Origin: an uncultured Actinomycetota bacterium
GTDB lineage: Bacteria > Actinomycetota > Actinomycetes > Propionibacteriales > Nocardioidaceae
Assembly (NCBI GenBank): GCA_963812345.1
Contig: CAWEVA010000023.1
Location: forward strand, 70,216 to 134,215
Length of the DNA stretch: 64,000 bases
Reading direction: 5' to 3'
Under the pieces are notes generated by a model that was given only the letters and a program-made list of their open reading frames with translations, had not been told where the DNA came from and searched no databases. Position numbers and translations under genes: made by a program. Positions 21,247-30,642 of the stretch are shown piece by piece; the first letter of the stretch is position 1; every line of letters starts with the position of its first letter.

Positions 21247-21918
21247 ATGACTGATTCCCAGGCCGCCGAAGCGGTCGCCCCTGCAGAGCCTGCAACCGAA
21301 GAGCCGCCCACCGAGATCGACGTGGCCACCGAGACCGAGGACGAGCGGTCCGCCCGGTTCGAGCGTGACGCGCTGCCTTTCCTGGACCAGCTCTACGGCG
21401 CTGCGATGCGGATGACCCGCAACCCCGCGGACGCCGAGGACCTCGTCCAGGAGACCTTCGCGAAGGCCTACTCGTCGTTCCACCAGTTCCGCCCCGGCAC
21501 CAACCTCAAGGCCTGGCTCTACCGGATCCTCACCAACACGTTCATCAACTCCTACCGCAAGAAGCAGCGCCAGCCGCAGCAGTCGATGGCCGAGGACGTC
21601 GAGGACTGGCAGCTCGCGCGCGCCGAGTCGCACACCTCGGCCGGACTGAAGTCCGCCGAGACGGAGGCGCTCGAGCACCTCCCCGACTCCGAGGTGAAGG
21701 ACGCGCTCCAGCGGCTGCCCGAGGAGTTCCGCCTCGCCGTCTACCTCGCCGACGTCGAGGGCTTCGCCTACAAGGAGATCGCGGAGATCATGGACACGCC
21801 GATCGGAACGGTGATGTCGCGCCTGCACCGGGGCCGGCGTCAGCTGCGCGACATGCTGTCCGACTACGTACGCCGGCACGACCTGCTGCCGGCCGCCCGC
21901 GAAGGAGGGGACTCGTGA
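21247..21918 (+). CDS. sigR: ECF sigma factor SigR/SigH (thiol-oxidative stress)
   Basis: [29 protein letters not shown] and [11 protein letters not shown] motifs; followed by a ZAS anti-sigma gene. Confidence 0.93.
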   Translation: MTDSQAAEAVAPAEPATEEPPTEIDVATETEDERSARFERDALPFLDQLYGAAMRMTRNPADAEDLVQETFAKAYSSFHQFRPGTNLKAWLYRILTNTFINSYRKKQRQPQQSMAEDVEDWQLARAESHTSAGLKSAETEALEHLPDSEVKDALQRLPEEFRLAVYLADVEGFAYKEIAEIMDTPIGTVMSRLHRGRRQLRDMLSDYVRRHDLLPAAREGGDS

Positions 21919-22166
21919 CCAGCTCCGAGGAGTGCTCCCACTTCCTCGAGCAGATCGTCTACCTGCTCGACAACGAGCTCGACGAGGCCGACTGCTCGGA
22001 GGTGCGGATCCATCTCGACTCCTGCCACCCGTGCCTGGAGAAGTACGACCTCCAGCGCACCGTGAAGGCGATCGTGGCGCGCTCCTGCGCCGAGTCGGCG
22101 CCCGAGGAGCTGCGGGAGCGGGTGCGCCTGCGGATCCGCGAGGTGCAGATCCGGATCTCCGAGTAG
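21915..22166 (+). CDS. rsrA: Zinc-binding anti-sigma factor RsrA/RshA
   Basis: HLDSCHPC (HxxxCxxC); GTGA overlap with sigR. Confidence 0.92.
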   Translation: MTSSEECSHFLEQIVYLLDNELDEADCSEVRIHLDSCHPCLEKYDLQRTVKAIVARSCAESAPEELRERVRLRIREVQIRISE

Positions 22167-22186
22167 CCCACACTCCTGAGAAGACA

Positions 22187-22215
22187 ACGAGCCCCGGCCG
22201 TCGGCCGGGGCTCGT
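22187..22215. terminator. Bidirectional hairpin terminator
   Basis: ACGAGCCCCGGCC-GTC-GGCCGGGGCTCGT 13-bp stem between the convergent rsrA and bL37 genes. Confidence 0.8.
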
Positions 22216-22227
22216 GACGTCTACGGG

Positions 22228-22302
22228 TCAGGCGTTGGGGCGCTTGCCGTGGTTCGCGCTCTTCTTCTTGCGCGCGCGGCGCTTGCGGCCGGTCTTGCTC
22301 AT
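22228..22302 (-). CDS. 50S ribosomal protein bL37, 24 aa (MSKTGRKRRARKKKSANHGKRPNA)
   Basis: ANHGKRPNA signature of actinobacterial bL37; GGAGG RBS; usual location next to rsrA; below the ORF-track cutoff. Confidence 0.9.
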   Translation of the reverse strand: MSKTGRKRRARKKKSANHGKRPNA

Positions 22303-22374
22303 GGTGTCCTCCTGGATGGGCTACGACCCGAGTTTCCCAGACCGGGTCGAGGGTCGCCAATCCGCGCGGCTTGT

Positions 22375-22426
22375 CGGGTCGTGTGCCTGAGACCGACCCA
22401 TGGGTAGTTCTGGGACACACGACCCG
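22375..22426. repeat. Intergenic inverted repeat
   Basis: CGGGTCGTGTG...CACACGACCCG perfect 11-bp arms enclosing the palindrome ACCCATGGGT. Confidence 0.6.
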
Positions 22427-22427
22427 T

Positions 22428-22790
22428 TCACAACCGGGACAGGAAGCGCTCGGAGTCCACCACCACCCGGGTGATCTCGCCGGTGGCGACCACCTTCTTG
22501 TCCGTGGTGTGGCGGGCGGCGACCGCGAAGCGGTGCAGCCTCCCGTCGACGAACGCCGACGAAGCCGTCACCTCCACCTCCTGGCCGACCGGGCTGGCGC
22601 CCTGGTGGTCGAGCGCCACCCGGGTGCCCACGCTGGTGGTGCCCTGCTCCAGGCTCGGGTCGATGGCCGCGCAGGTCGCGGCCTCGCACCAGGCGAGCAG
22701 ACGCGGGGTGCCGAGCACCGGCAGGCTGCCCGAGCCGACCGCGACGGCGGTGTCGTCGTCGGTGACGGTGAACCTCAGGGTCGCTTCCAT
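22428..22790 (-). CDS. Hotdog-fold thioesterase (FlK-like)
   Basis: GSGSLPVLGTPRLLAWCE, TSVGTRVALDH and ERFL motifs. Confidence 0.85.
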   Translation of the reverse strand: MEATLRFTVTDDDTAVAVGSGSLPVLGTPRLLAWCEAATCAAIDPSLEQGTTSVGTRVALDHQGASPVGQEVEVTASSAFVDGRLHRFAVAARHTTDKKVVATGEITRVVVDSERFLSRL

Positions 22791-22806
22791 GTCACTCCTC
22801 GCAATG

Positions 22807-23301
22807 TCACTCTTTGAAGGCGATGCGGTAGCCGTGCAGCTCAACGCCGGCGACCGGCTCCCAGTCCAGCTCGGGCACGCGCCGGAACCCGAGCCGGTCG
22901 TAGAGCCGGTGCGCGTCCGTCATCTGCGGCAGGCTGCAGATGACCACACCCCGCGCGCCCTCGGACCGGAACCGGTCGAGGCACATCCGGGCCAGCGCCT
23001 CGCCGACGCCCCGCCCGCGGGCCTCCGGAGCCACGGCCAGCATCCGGAACTCGCCTTCGTCCGGTGCGGCCAGCTCCCGCCACGGCGAGCCCGGCGGGCA
23101 GAGAGTGACGCAGCCGAGGATCTCGTCATTGCGGTCCTCCGGGTCGCGACCCAGAGCTCGGCCTCCCGGTCGCGGGTCGCGGCGTCCCGCAGCCGAGCGA
23201 CGTACCCGTCGGCGGGGCCGCGGGTGAAGTCGGCGTACGCCGCCACGGTCACCTCGACCGGCCCGCTCGTGGTCGTCGGGGGTGGCCCGTCGGAGCAGCA
23301 C
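22807..23301 (-). CDS. GNAT N-acetyltransferase (frameshifted)
   Basis: EFRMLAVAPEARGRGVG and AHRLYDRLGF motifs. Confidence 0.85.
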   Translation of the reverse strand: MLLRRATPDDHERAGRGDRGGVRRLHPRPRRRVRRSAAGRRDPRPGGRALGRDPEDRNDEILGCVTLCPPGSPWRELAAPDEGEFRMLAVAPEARGRGVGEALARMCLDRFRSEGARGVVICSLPQMTDAHRLYDRLGFRRVPELDWEPVAGVELHGYRIAFKE

Positions 23302-23306
23302 GCCGG

Positions 23307-24967
23307 CTAGTTCCCGAAGGTCTTGCGCGGGTAGGCAGCCTCGACGTCGGTGATCACGTTGACCAGGTACGGCGCGTTCGCGGCGAAGGCGCGGTCGAGG
23401 GCCGGCCCGATCTGGCGGGGGTCGGTCACCGTCTCGCCGGCGCCACCGAGCGCCCGGACCACCTCGTCGTACCGCGTCTGCTCGGCGAGGTCGGCGACCA
23501 CGTCATAGCCGTAGAGCATCTGCATCGGGCCCTTCTCCAGGCCCCAGGCGGAGTTGTTGCCCATCACCATCACGACCGGGAGGTTGTGGCGCACCAGGGT
23601 GTCGACGTCCATCAGGGAGAACCCCGCGGCCCCGTCACCCAGCAGCAGCACGACCTGGGCGGACGGCCGGGCGATCCGGGCCGCGATGGCGGATCCGAGC
23701 CCGGCGCCCAGGCAGCCGTACGGCCCGGGGTCGAGCCACCCGCCGGGCCGGCGGGGCTCGACGAACTTGCCGGCGAAGCTGACGAAGTCGCCGCCGTCGC
23801 CGATGACCACGGAGTCCTCGGCGAGGCGGGGGACGAGCTCGCCGTAGATGCGGGCCGGGTGGATGGGGTCGGCCTCCGCGGCCAGGAGGGCGGCGTCCTT
23901 CTCGGTCGCCGTCTTGACGCTCGGCCTGCAGGTCGGTCACCCAGTCGGACCAGTCGGGTCGCCGGACGACCTGCTCCAGGGCGGTGAGCATGCCCGTCGA
24001 GCACCGAGGTGAGGTCGCCGGCGACCGACGCGGCGAGCTCGGCGTGGCCGGAGACCTGGCCGGGGGAGTCGGCGACGTGCACGACCCGGGCCGGGCTGGT
24101 GTCGTCGTCGCCGCCGAAGACGCCGTACCCCAGCCGGAAGTCGAGGGGCGTCCCGACCACGATCACGAGGTCGCTGCCGCTGAGCGCCTGGCCGCGCGCC
24201 TTGGTCACCAGCAGCGGGTGCCCGCCGGGGACCAGCCCGCGGCCCATGCCGTTGGTGATCGTGGGGATGCCCGCGGACTCGACGAACCGGAGCGCCGCCT
24301 CCTCCGCGCCGTCCGCCCACACGTCGGTGCCGAGGATCAGCACCGGCCGGGACGCGGCGGCGAGCAGCTCGGCGATCTCCGTGATCGCGTCGCCGTCGGG
24401 TTCGCCGCCCCGGTTGCGCGTCCCGGTGGGCAGCGGACCCGAGGCGTTGTTGAAGAACTCGTCGAGGGGGATGTCGACGAACGTCGGGCCGCGGTGGGGC
24501 GAGCCGGCGGCGACGAACGCCTCGTGCACGCCCTCGAGCACGTCGTCGGCGGTGTGCAGCGTGCGCGCCTGCTTCGTGATCGGCGCCAGGATCGGCGGCT
24601 GGTCGATCTCCTGCAGGCTGCCGCTGCCCCAGCGGGCGGCCGGGGCCCGGCCACCGACCACGACCATGGGCGACCCGGCGAACTGGGCCTGGGCGACCGC
24701 GCTCAGGCCGTTGGTCACGCCCGGGCCGGCCGTGAGGACCGCCAGCCCCGGGACCCGGGTGAGCTTGCCGGTCGCCTCGGCGGCGAAGGCGGCGGTCTGC
24801 TCGTGGCGTACGTCGAGCAGCCGCATCGGGGGCTCGGCCTTCACCGCACCGTCGTACATCGGGAACACGTGCGCGCCGGACAGCGTGAACATCGTCTCGA
24901 CGCCGTGGGCGCGGGCGACGGCGACGGCGAGCTCGCCGGAGTGGCCGGACAGGGAGTCTTCGGTCAT
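23307..24967 (-). CDS. Thiamine diphosphate-dependent acetolactate synthase-like enzyme (frameshifts near 24000-23910)
   Basis: [28 protein letters not shown] and GDGAAGFS...GNNSAW motifs. Confidence 0.88.
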
Positions 24968-24977
24968 GGCCCGAAGG

Positions 24978-25823
24978 TTACTCACCGGTTGTCAGGTAGT
25001 AGGGGTTCGTCCGCCGCAGGGCATCGACGAGGACGAGCAGGAGGTCCGGACGGACGGCCGGAGGGTGCGGGGCCAGCGCCAGCTGCAGGTAGAGGGCGCG
25101 CAGGAACGACTCGCTGTTGCCGCGTCGCAGGAACGGGTCGGTGCCGCGGGGCGCCCGCGACGTGGCCGCGGCCGCGAGCCGGGCCACCCACGGCTCGAGG
25201 ACGGACAGCGGGACCACGTTGCGCCGCAGCACGCTCATCGTGGCCGCGGCCATCCGGTCCGGCTCGCCGTGGACGAACTGCGAATCGGCCGGCAGCGTGA
25301 GCCGGTCGGCGAGGACGTCGAGCAGCACGGTCAGCTCGTTCTTGCCCAGGTGAGGGGACTCGGCGAGCGTGCCGATCGCGTCGGCGCCGTGGGCGATCGC
25401 GTGCGCCCAGCCCTTGCCGGGGACGTAGCCGCGCAGGTCGCGCTCCCGCAGGTACCACGTGGAGATCCGGTCACCCCACTCCAGGACCTTCCCCGGCGGC
25501 ACGAGGCCGGCCGCGTTGTCGCGGGCCACGCACTCACCGAGCACCAGCACGGAGAAGCTGCGGCGGAACACCGTGTCGGACTCGCGCTCGCCCAGGCCCA
25601 CGGCCAGCCCCGCGGCCATCCCGTCACCGAGACCGGACAGCAGGTCGTCGTACACGCCGCGGCTGGTCCAGGTGGCCAGCGCCGGGTAGGCCGTCCCGTC
25701 CCGGACGACCGGGTCGTTGGAGCCGAGCATGCGGGTCAGCTCGGCCGTCAGATCGTCGAGCGGGCGGTCGGCGGGGACCTCGAAGTCGGCCTCCTGCACC
25801 TGCCTCCAGTACGACGCCGACAT
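24978..25823 (-). CDS. DUF2785 family protein
   Basis: VFRRSFSVL and ERDLRGYVPGKGWAHAIAHGAD motifs. Confidence 0.85.
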   Translation of the reverse strand: MSASYWRQVQEADFEVPADRPLDDLTAELTRMLGSNDPVVRDGTAYPALATWTSRGVYDDLLSGLGDGMAAGLAVGLGERESDTVFRRSFSVLVLGECVARDNAAGLVPPGKVLEWGDRISTWYLRERDLRGYVPGKGWAHAIAHGADAIGTLAESPHLGKNELTVLLDVLADRLTLPADSQFVHGEPDRMAAATMSVLRRNVVPLSVLEPWVARLAAAATSRAPRGTDPFLRRGNSESFLRALYLQLALAPHPPAVRPDLLLVLVDALRRTNPYYLTTGE

Positions 25824-25890
25824 GTTCTCCATCCTGCCAGCCAACCCGAGGGTCGTGGAGACTGGTCCGTCACACCCTACGCTGGCCAGC

Positions 25891-27361
25891 GTGCCGTCCC
25901 TGACCGAACTTCGTGCGCCGTCACACCGACCTGGACGACCAGGACGTGGCGTGGTTCCAGCTGCTGCTGGCGGACTGGCAGATCATCGCCGACCTCTCCT
26001 TCGCCGACCTGGTGCTGTGGCTGCCCGACCGGGAGGGAACGGGGTTCTGGGCGGGCGCCCAGATGCGGCCGACCACCGGTCCGACGGCGTACGTCGACGA
26101 CGTCGTGGGCACCTTCGTCCCGACCGGACGGCGTCCGATGATCGACCAGGCCTACGCCAAGGGGCGGCTGGTGCGGGAGGGGGACCCGGAGTGGCGCGAC
26201 GACGTGCCCGTGCGGGTGGAGACGATCCCGGTGCGCCGCTCCGGGAGGGTGCTGGGCGTGGTGGCGCGCAACACCAACCTGCTGGGGGTGCGGACGCCGA
26301 GCCGGCTGGAGCTGTCCTACCTCCAGAGCGCGGCCGATCTCACCCAGATGATCGCCAGCGGTCACTTCCCGGCGCCCGGGCCGCGCAGCGACCACGCGGA
26401 CTCACCGCGGGTCGGGGACGGCTTCGTGCGCCTCGACGCGGAAGGGAAGGTCGTCTACGCCAGTCCCAACGCCCTGTCGGTCTACCGCCGGCTCGGGCTG
26501 TCGGGCGACCTCGCCGGGCTGGGGTTCGCCGAGGTCACCCGGGAGCTGGTGCCGGCCCGGAGGCGACCGGACGAGGAGACCGTGAGCGCGGTCCTGGGCG
26601 GGCGGGCCCACCGGGACACCGAGCTCGGGACCGAGGACGCCTCGCTGATCGTGCGGGCGATCCCGTTGCGACCGCAGGGGGAGCACATCGGGGCGCTGGT
26701 GCTGCTCCGCGACGTGACCGACCTGCGTCGCCGGGACCGCGAGCTGGTGACCAAGGACGCGACGATCCGCGAGATCCACCACCGGGTGAAGAACAACCTG
26801 CAGACGGTGGCTGCGCTGCTGCGCCTGCAGGCCCGGCGCATGGAGTCGTCGTCGGCCAGGTCCGCCCTGGAGGAGGCCGTCCGCCGGGTGGGTTCGATCG
26901 CGATCGTCCACGAGACGCTCAGCCAGGCGGTGGAGGAGAACGTCGACTTCGACGAGATCGCCGACCGTCTCGGCTCGATGGTGACGGAGGTCAGCGACGT
27001 CGGCGACAGCGTGCGGGTCCGCCGCGACGGCGCGTTCGGCGTGCTGGACTCCGGGGCCGCGACCGCCCTCGCGATGGTGCTGACCGAGGTGCTCCAGAAC
27101 GCCGTCCAGCACGGCTACGCCGGGGACTCGTCCGGGGGAACGATCGTGGTGTCACCCCGCCGGCTGGTGGGCCGGCTGCACGTCACCGTCGACGACGACG
27201 GTCGCGGGCTGCCGGACGGGTTCGACCTCGATGCCGCGACCAACCTGGGGTTGTCGATCGTGCGGACCCTCGTGGAGTCCGAGCTCGGCGGACAGCTGAC
27301 CCTGGGGAGCGCGCCGGGCGGCGCCGGCACCCGGGTCGTGGTCGACGTACCCCTGGAGTGA
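25891..27361 (+). CDS. pdtaS: Cytosolic sensor histidine kinase, PdtaS-like (frameshift near 25911)
   Basis: DWQIIADLSFADLVLW, EIHHRVKNNLQ, DDDGRG and NLGLSIV motifs; convergent with whiB1 as in other actinobacteria. Confidence 0.88.
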
Positions 27362-27396
27362 CTCGTCGTGGTCACCGTGGGAGTGAGACCTCACCG

Positions 27397-27451
27397 GGTC
27401 TCGACACGCGGGTCGCGGGTTCGCAAGCTCACCCGCGCCGCTCGCTCGACC
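27397..27451. repeat. REP-like palindrome
   Basis: GGTCTCGACAC...GCAAGCT...GCTCGACC between pdtaS and whiB1. Confidence 0.65.
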
Positions 27452-27477
27452 ACCGATTGTCCGAACGGCTCCGCAAG

Positions 27478-27729
27478 CTACGCCGTGCGGACGCGAGCCC
27501 GGGCGTTGCGCCGCTTCAGGGCGCGCCGTTCGTCCTCGCTGAGGCCGCCCCAGACCCCGTGGTCCTGTCCAGCCTCCAGCGCCCACGCGAGGCACTGTTC
27601 GCGCACCTCGCAGCGTCGGCACACCTGCTTGGCCTCCTCGATCTGGAGGATGGCCGGACCGGTGTTGCCGATCGGGAAGAACAGTTCCGGGTCCTCGTCG
27701 AGGCACGCGGAACGGTGGCGCCAATCCAT
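27478..27729 (-). CDS. whiB1: WhiB-family Fe-S regulator WhiB1/WblE
   Basis: MDWRHRSACLDEDPELFFPIGNTGPA...GVWGGLSEDERR; four conserved Cys. Confidence 0.95.
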   Translation of the reverse strand: MDWRHRSACLDEDPELFFPIGNTGPAILQIEEAKQVCRRCEVREQCLAWALEAGQDHGVWGGLSEDERRALKRRNARARVRTA

Positions 27730-27788
27730 GGCTGGGAGGCTCCTCTACGCTGGAATTCAATGCTGGCGGGCTCGTGCGGGCGTGGCGA

Positions 27789-27804
27789 TGTGAACGCGTT
27801 CACG
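27789..27804. promoter_or_regulatory. Rex-type (ROP) / CRP-type operator upstream of whiB1
   Basis: TGTGAACGCGTTCACG palindrome. Confidence 0.7.
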
Positions 27805-27888
27805 AGCGCAGCATTCAGACTGGCAAGACTTTGATCGTGAAACAACCCCTTTCCGTGGTCGCATTCGTCACAGCCGTACCCTGACCCG

Positions 27889-28284
27889 GTGAGCCCGCGT
27901 GTCCAGGACAATCCGTCGCCGCTCGTGGTAGCCGCCTCGCTGGCCGCGGTCGAGGGCGGGCTCGTCGTCCTGTTCGGCCTCGCCGAGCTGAGGAGCCTGT
28001 CCGCGGAGCGGATCTCGTCCGGGCTGGCCCTCTCGGTCTTCTTCGTGGGGTACGGCGCCGCGCTCATCTTCTGCAGCTGGCAGCTCTCCCGGGCCCGGAC
28101 CTGGGCCCGAGGGCCGGTCCTGCTGTCCCAGCTCCTCCAGCTCCTCGTCGCCTGGAGCTTCTGGGGAGGGAACACGACCTGGGTGGCGGTGTCCCTCGGC
28201 GTCGTGGCGCTGATCGTCCTGGCCGGCCTCCTGCACCCGCAGAGCATCGACGCGCTCAACGACGAGCAGCCCGAGCGCTCCTAG
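27889..28284 (+). CDS. Conserved 4-TM membrane protein
   Basis: Four hydrophobic segments, WARGP motif; TACCCT -10 box before the GTG. Confidence 0.75.
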   Translation: MSPRVQDNPSPLVVAASLAAVEGGLVVLFGLAELRSLSAERISSGLALSVFFVGYGAALIFCSWQLSRARTWARGPVLLSQLLQLLVAWSFWGGNTTWVAVSLGVVALIVLAGLLHPQSIDALNDEQPERS

Positions 28285-28285
28285 C

Positions 28286-28346
28286 GCGTCCGCCCTGCCT
28301 TGCTTCCGGGGTTTCGACGACGCTCGCTGGCGCTCGCTGCTCAACC
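28286..28346. repeat. REP-like element with tail
   Basis: CCGCCCTGCC tail plus GGTTTCGACGACGCTCGC-TG-GCGCTCGCTGCTCAACC. Confidence 0.75.
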
Positions 28347-28357
28347 GCCGGGGCCGG

Positions 28358-29177
28358 TTACCGGGCGTCCTGCATGGCCACCCGCATCTGGTCCAGCGTG
28401 CGGGTGAGCAGCCGGGAGACGTGCATCTGGGAGATGCCGACCTCCTCGGCGATCTGGGTCTGGGTCATGTTCTTGAAGAACCGGAGCACCAGGATCCGCT
28501 TCTCCCTCGGGTCCAGCTGGTCGAGCATCGGCTTGATCGACTCGCGCACCTCGACGTGCTCGAGGTTCGGGTCGTCGTGGCCGAGGGCGTCGAGCATGCT
28601 TCCGCCCGGCTCGTCGGAGTCGTCGGTGGCGTCCAGTGACAGCGTCGAGTAGGCGTTGCTCGACTCCATCCCCTCGATGATCTCCTCGACCGTGCAGCCG
28701 ATCCGTTCGCCCAGCTCGCGCGGGGTGGGGGACCGTCCCAGGTCCTGGGTGAGCTCCGCGGTCGCCGTGACGATCTGCATCCGCAGCTCCTGGAGCCGCC
28801 GCGGCACCCTGATCGCCCAGCCCTTGTCGCGGAAGTAGCGCTTGATCTCACCGATGATCGTGGGGGTGGCGTACGTCGAGAACTCGATGCCTCGCTCGGC
28901 CTCGAACCGGTCGACCGACTTGATCAGCCCGATCGTGCCGACCTGCACCAGGTCCTCGAAGGGTTCGCCGCGGTTGCGGAAGCGGCGGGCGCAGTGCTCG
29001 ACCAGGGGGAGGTGGAGGCGGACCAGGTCCTCGCGTGCGGCGACGCGCTCCTCCTCGGCGAGGGTCGTCGTCGCTGAGGAGGCCGAACAGCTCGGCGCTG
29101 CGCTGACGGGTGAGGTCAGCGCCGCCCGACGGAACGTCCCCCGACGCGCCCTCGCCCCGCCTGCTGTCCGGCTGCAT
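28358..29177 (-). CDS. SigB/SigF-family sigma factor (frameshift near 29070)
   Basis: DLVQVGTIGLIKSVDRF, PTIIGEIKRYFRD and GISQMHVSRLL motifs. Confidence 0.9.
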
Positions 29178-29178
29178 G

Positions 29179-29580
29179 TCAGGGGCCGAATCCCGGCTCT
29201 CCCGGCTCCATGCTGAGGCTCACCGAGAAGCGGCCCTCGGAGGATTCGGCCTCGGCACGGGTCGCCAGTGTGCTGAGGACCTGCCAGGTGAAGCTGTCGT
29301 AGTCCGGATGGACGGGCGCGACGGCCTCGACGCTCACCTCGACGGTCAGGGAACCGGCCGACATGTAGAAGCAGCAGGTCAGGTCGGTGTCGTCGCGCGC
29401 CTCGGGCAGGACCATCGCACTCGCCTCGCCCACGGCGATCCGCAGGTCCTCGATGTCGTCGATCGGGAAGTCGAGACGGGCGGCGAGCCCGGCGGTGGTC
29501 GTCCGGAGCACGGAGACGTAGGCGCTGTCGGCAGGGAGCCGGAGCTCCACGTCGGCGCGGGTGCGCTGTTTGGCTGGCAT
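29179..29580 (-). CDS. Anti-sigma factor, RsbW/UsfX-like
   Basis: LRLPADSAYVSVLR and DIEDLRIAVGEA motifs; directly upstream of the SigF-type gene. Confidence 0.85.
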   Translation of the reverse strand: MPAKQRTRADVELRLPADSAYVSVLRTTTAGLAARLDFPIDDIEDLRIAVGEASAMVLPEARDDTDLTCCFYMSAGSLTVEVSVEAVAPVHPDYDSFTWQVLSTLATRAEAESSEGRFSVSLSMEPGEPGFGP

Positions 29581-29768
29581 TGCTCGCCTTCCGGTGGCTC
29601 GTTCCCTCCCCGTCCTGGACCAAACACTAGTCGGGGCCGGCCCCCAGGTGGAGAAACCTGGCGGCCGGCCCCTTCCGTGATCGGCTCAGGACTTCTTCGT
29701 CTGCTGCCGCTGCGCGTCAGCACCTGCGGCGCTCGCCGCAAGCCCACGAGCAAGCTCGGGGCTCGGGC

Positions 29769-30167
29769 TCACTTCTTGGTCTCCCAGAAGATCTCGGCGA
29801 TCTCGTCGATCTTGGCCAGGAGCTTGTCGGCGTCCGCCGCGTCCATCGAGCCCTTGGTGCCGGTGGCGCCCGCGAGCTTGGTGGCCTCGTTGACCAGCTC
29901 GTGGAGCTGGGGGTACTTCTCGAAGTGCGGCGGCTTGAAGTAGTCGGTCCAGAGCACCCACAGGTGGTGCTTGACCAGCTCGGAGCGCTGCTCCTTGATC
30001 AGGACGGCACGGGTGCGGAAGTCGGGGTCGTCGTTGTCGGCGAGCTTCCCGATGATGCCCTTGATCGACTCTGCTTCGATCCGGGCCTGGGCCGGGTCGT
30101 AGACACCGCAGGGCAGGTCGCAGTGGGCGGAAACCTCGACGGTGGGTGCGAACAGTGGCGCGTGCAT
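29769..30167 (-). CDS. sodN: Nickel superoxide dismutase precursor
   Basis: Ni-hook HCDLPCGVYDPA after a short propeptide; WTDYFKPPH motif. Confidence 0.96.
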   Translation of the reverse strand: MHAPLFAPTVEVSAHCDLPCGVYDPAQARIEAESIKGIIGKLADNDDPDFRTRAVLIKEQRSELVKHHLWVLWTDYFKPPHFEKYPQLHELVNEATKLAGATGTKGSMDAADADKLLAKIDEIAEIFWETKK

Positions 30168-30218
30168 CCGTTGGTCCTCTCGTGTGGCATCAGGTGGGTC
30201 TCTGCGAGGCTACTCCGC

Positions 30219-30578
30219 GTGGCGCGCGCTCCAGAGACGGGATCCACGTACCCCGACCGTCACCCGGCATTCGGCTTCGCACTGGTCGGCGGCGACTCGA
30301 TGCGCCCCCGGCTGGCCCCGGGTGACCGGCTGCTCGTGAGGTACGGCGCGCGGGTGCGGCCCGGCGCCGTCGTACTCGCGCGGTTCGCCGACGGCACCCT
30401 GGCCGTCAAGCGGGCCATCGAGCGGCGCGCGACGCGCACCGGGGCCCCGGCCTGGTGGCTGCTCAGCGACAACCCGGGCGCCGGAGTCGACTCGCGTCAC
30501 CGGGGACCCGTCGCCGACCCGGACGTGATCGCGGTCGCGCTGCTCCGGGTGTGGCCCCGGCCACGGCTGCGGCTGTGA
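30219..30578 (+). CDS. sodX: Ni-SOD maturation protease (S26-like)
   Basis: GDSMRPRL, VKRA, SDNP and DSRHRG motifs; divergent from sodN; start approximate. Confidence 0.8.
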   Translation: MARAPETGSTYPDRHPAFGFALVGGDSMRPRLAPGDRLLVRYGARVRPGAVVLARFADGTLAVKRAIERRATRTGAPAWWLLSDNPGAGVDSRHRGPVADPDVIAVALLRVWPRPRLRL

Positions 30579-30642
30579 CAGACTCCGAAGTCCCCCTAGT
30601 TGTCCGTGGAGGGCCCGCGCGGCCCGGAGAGACAGAAGGTTG

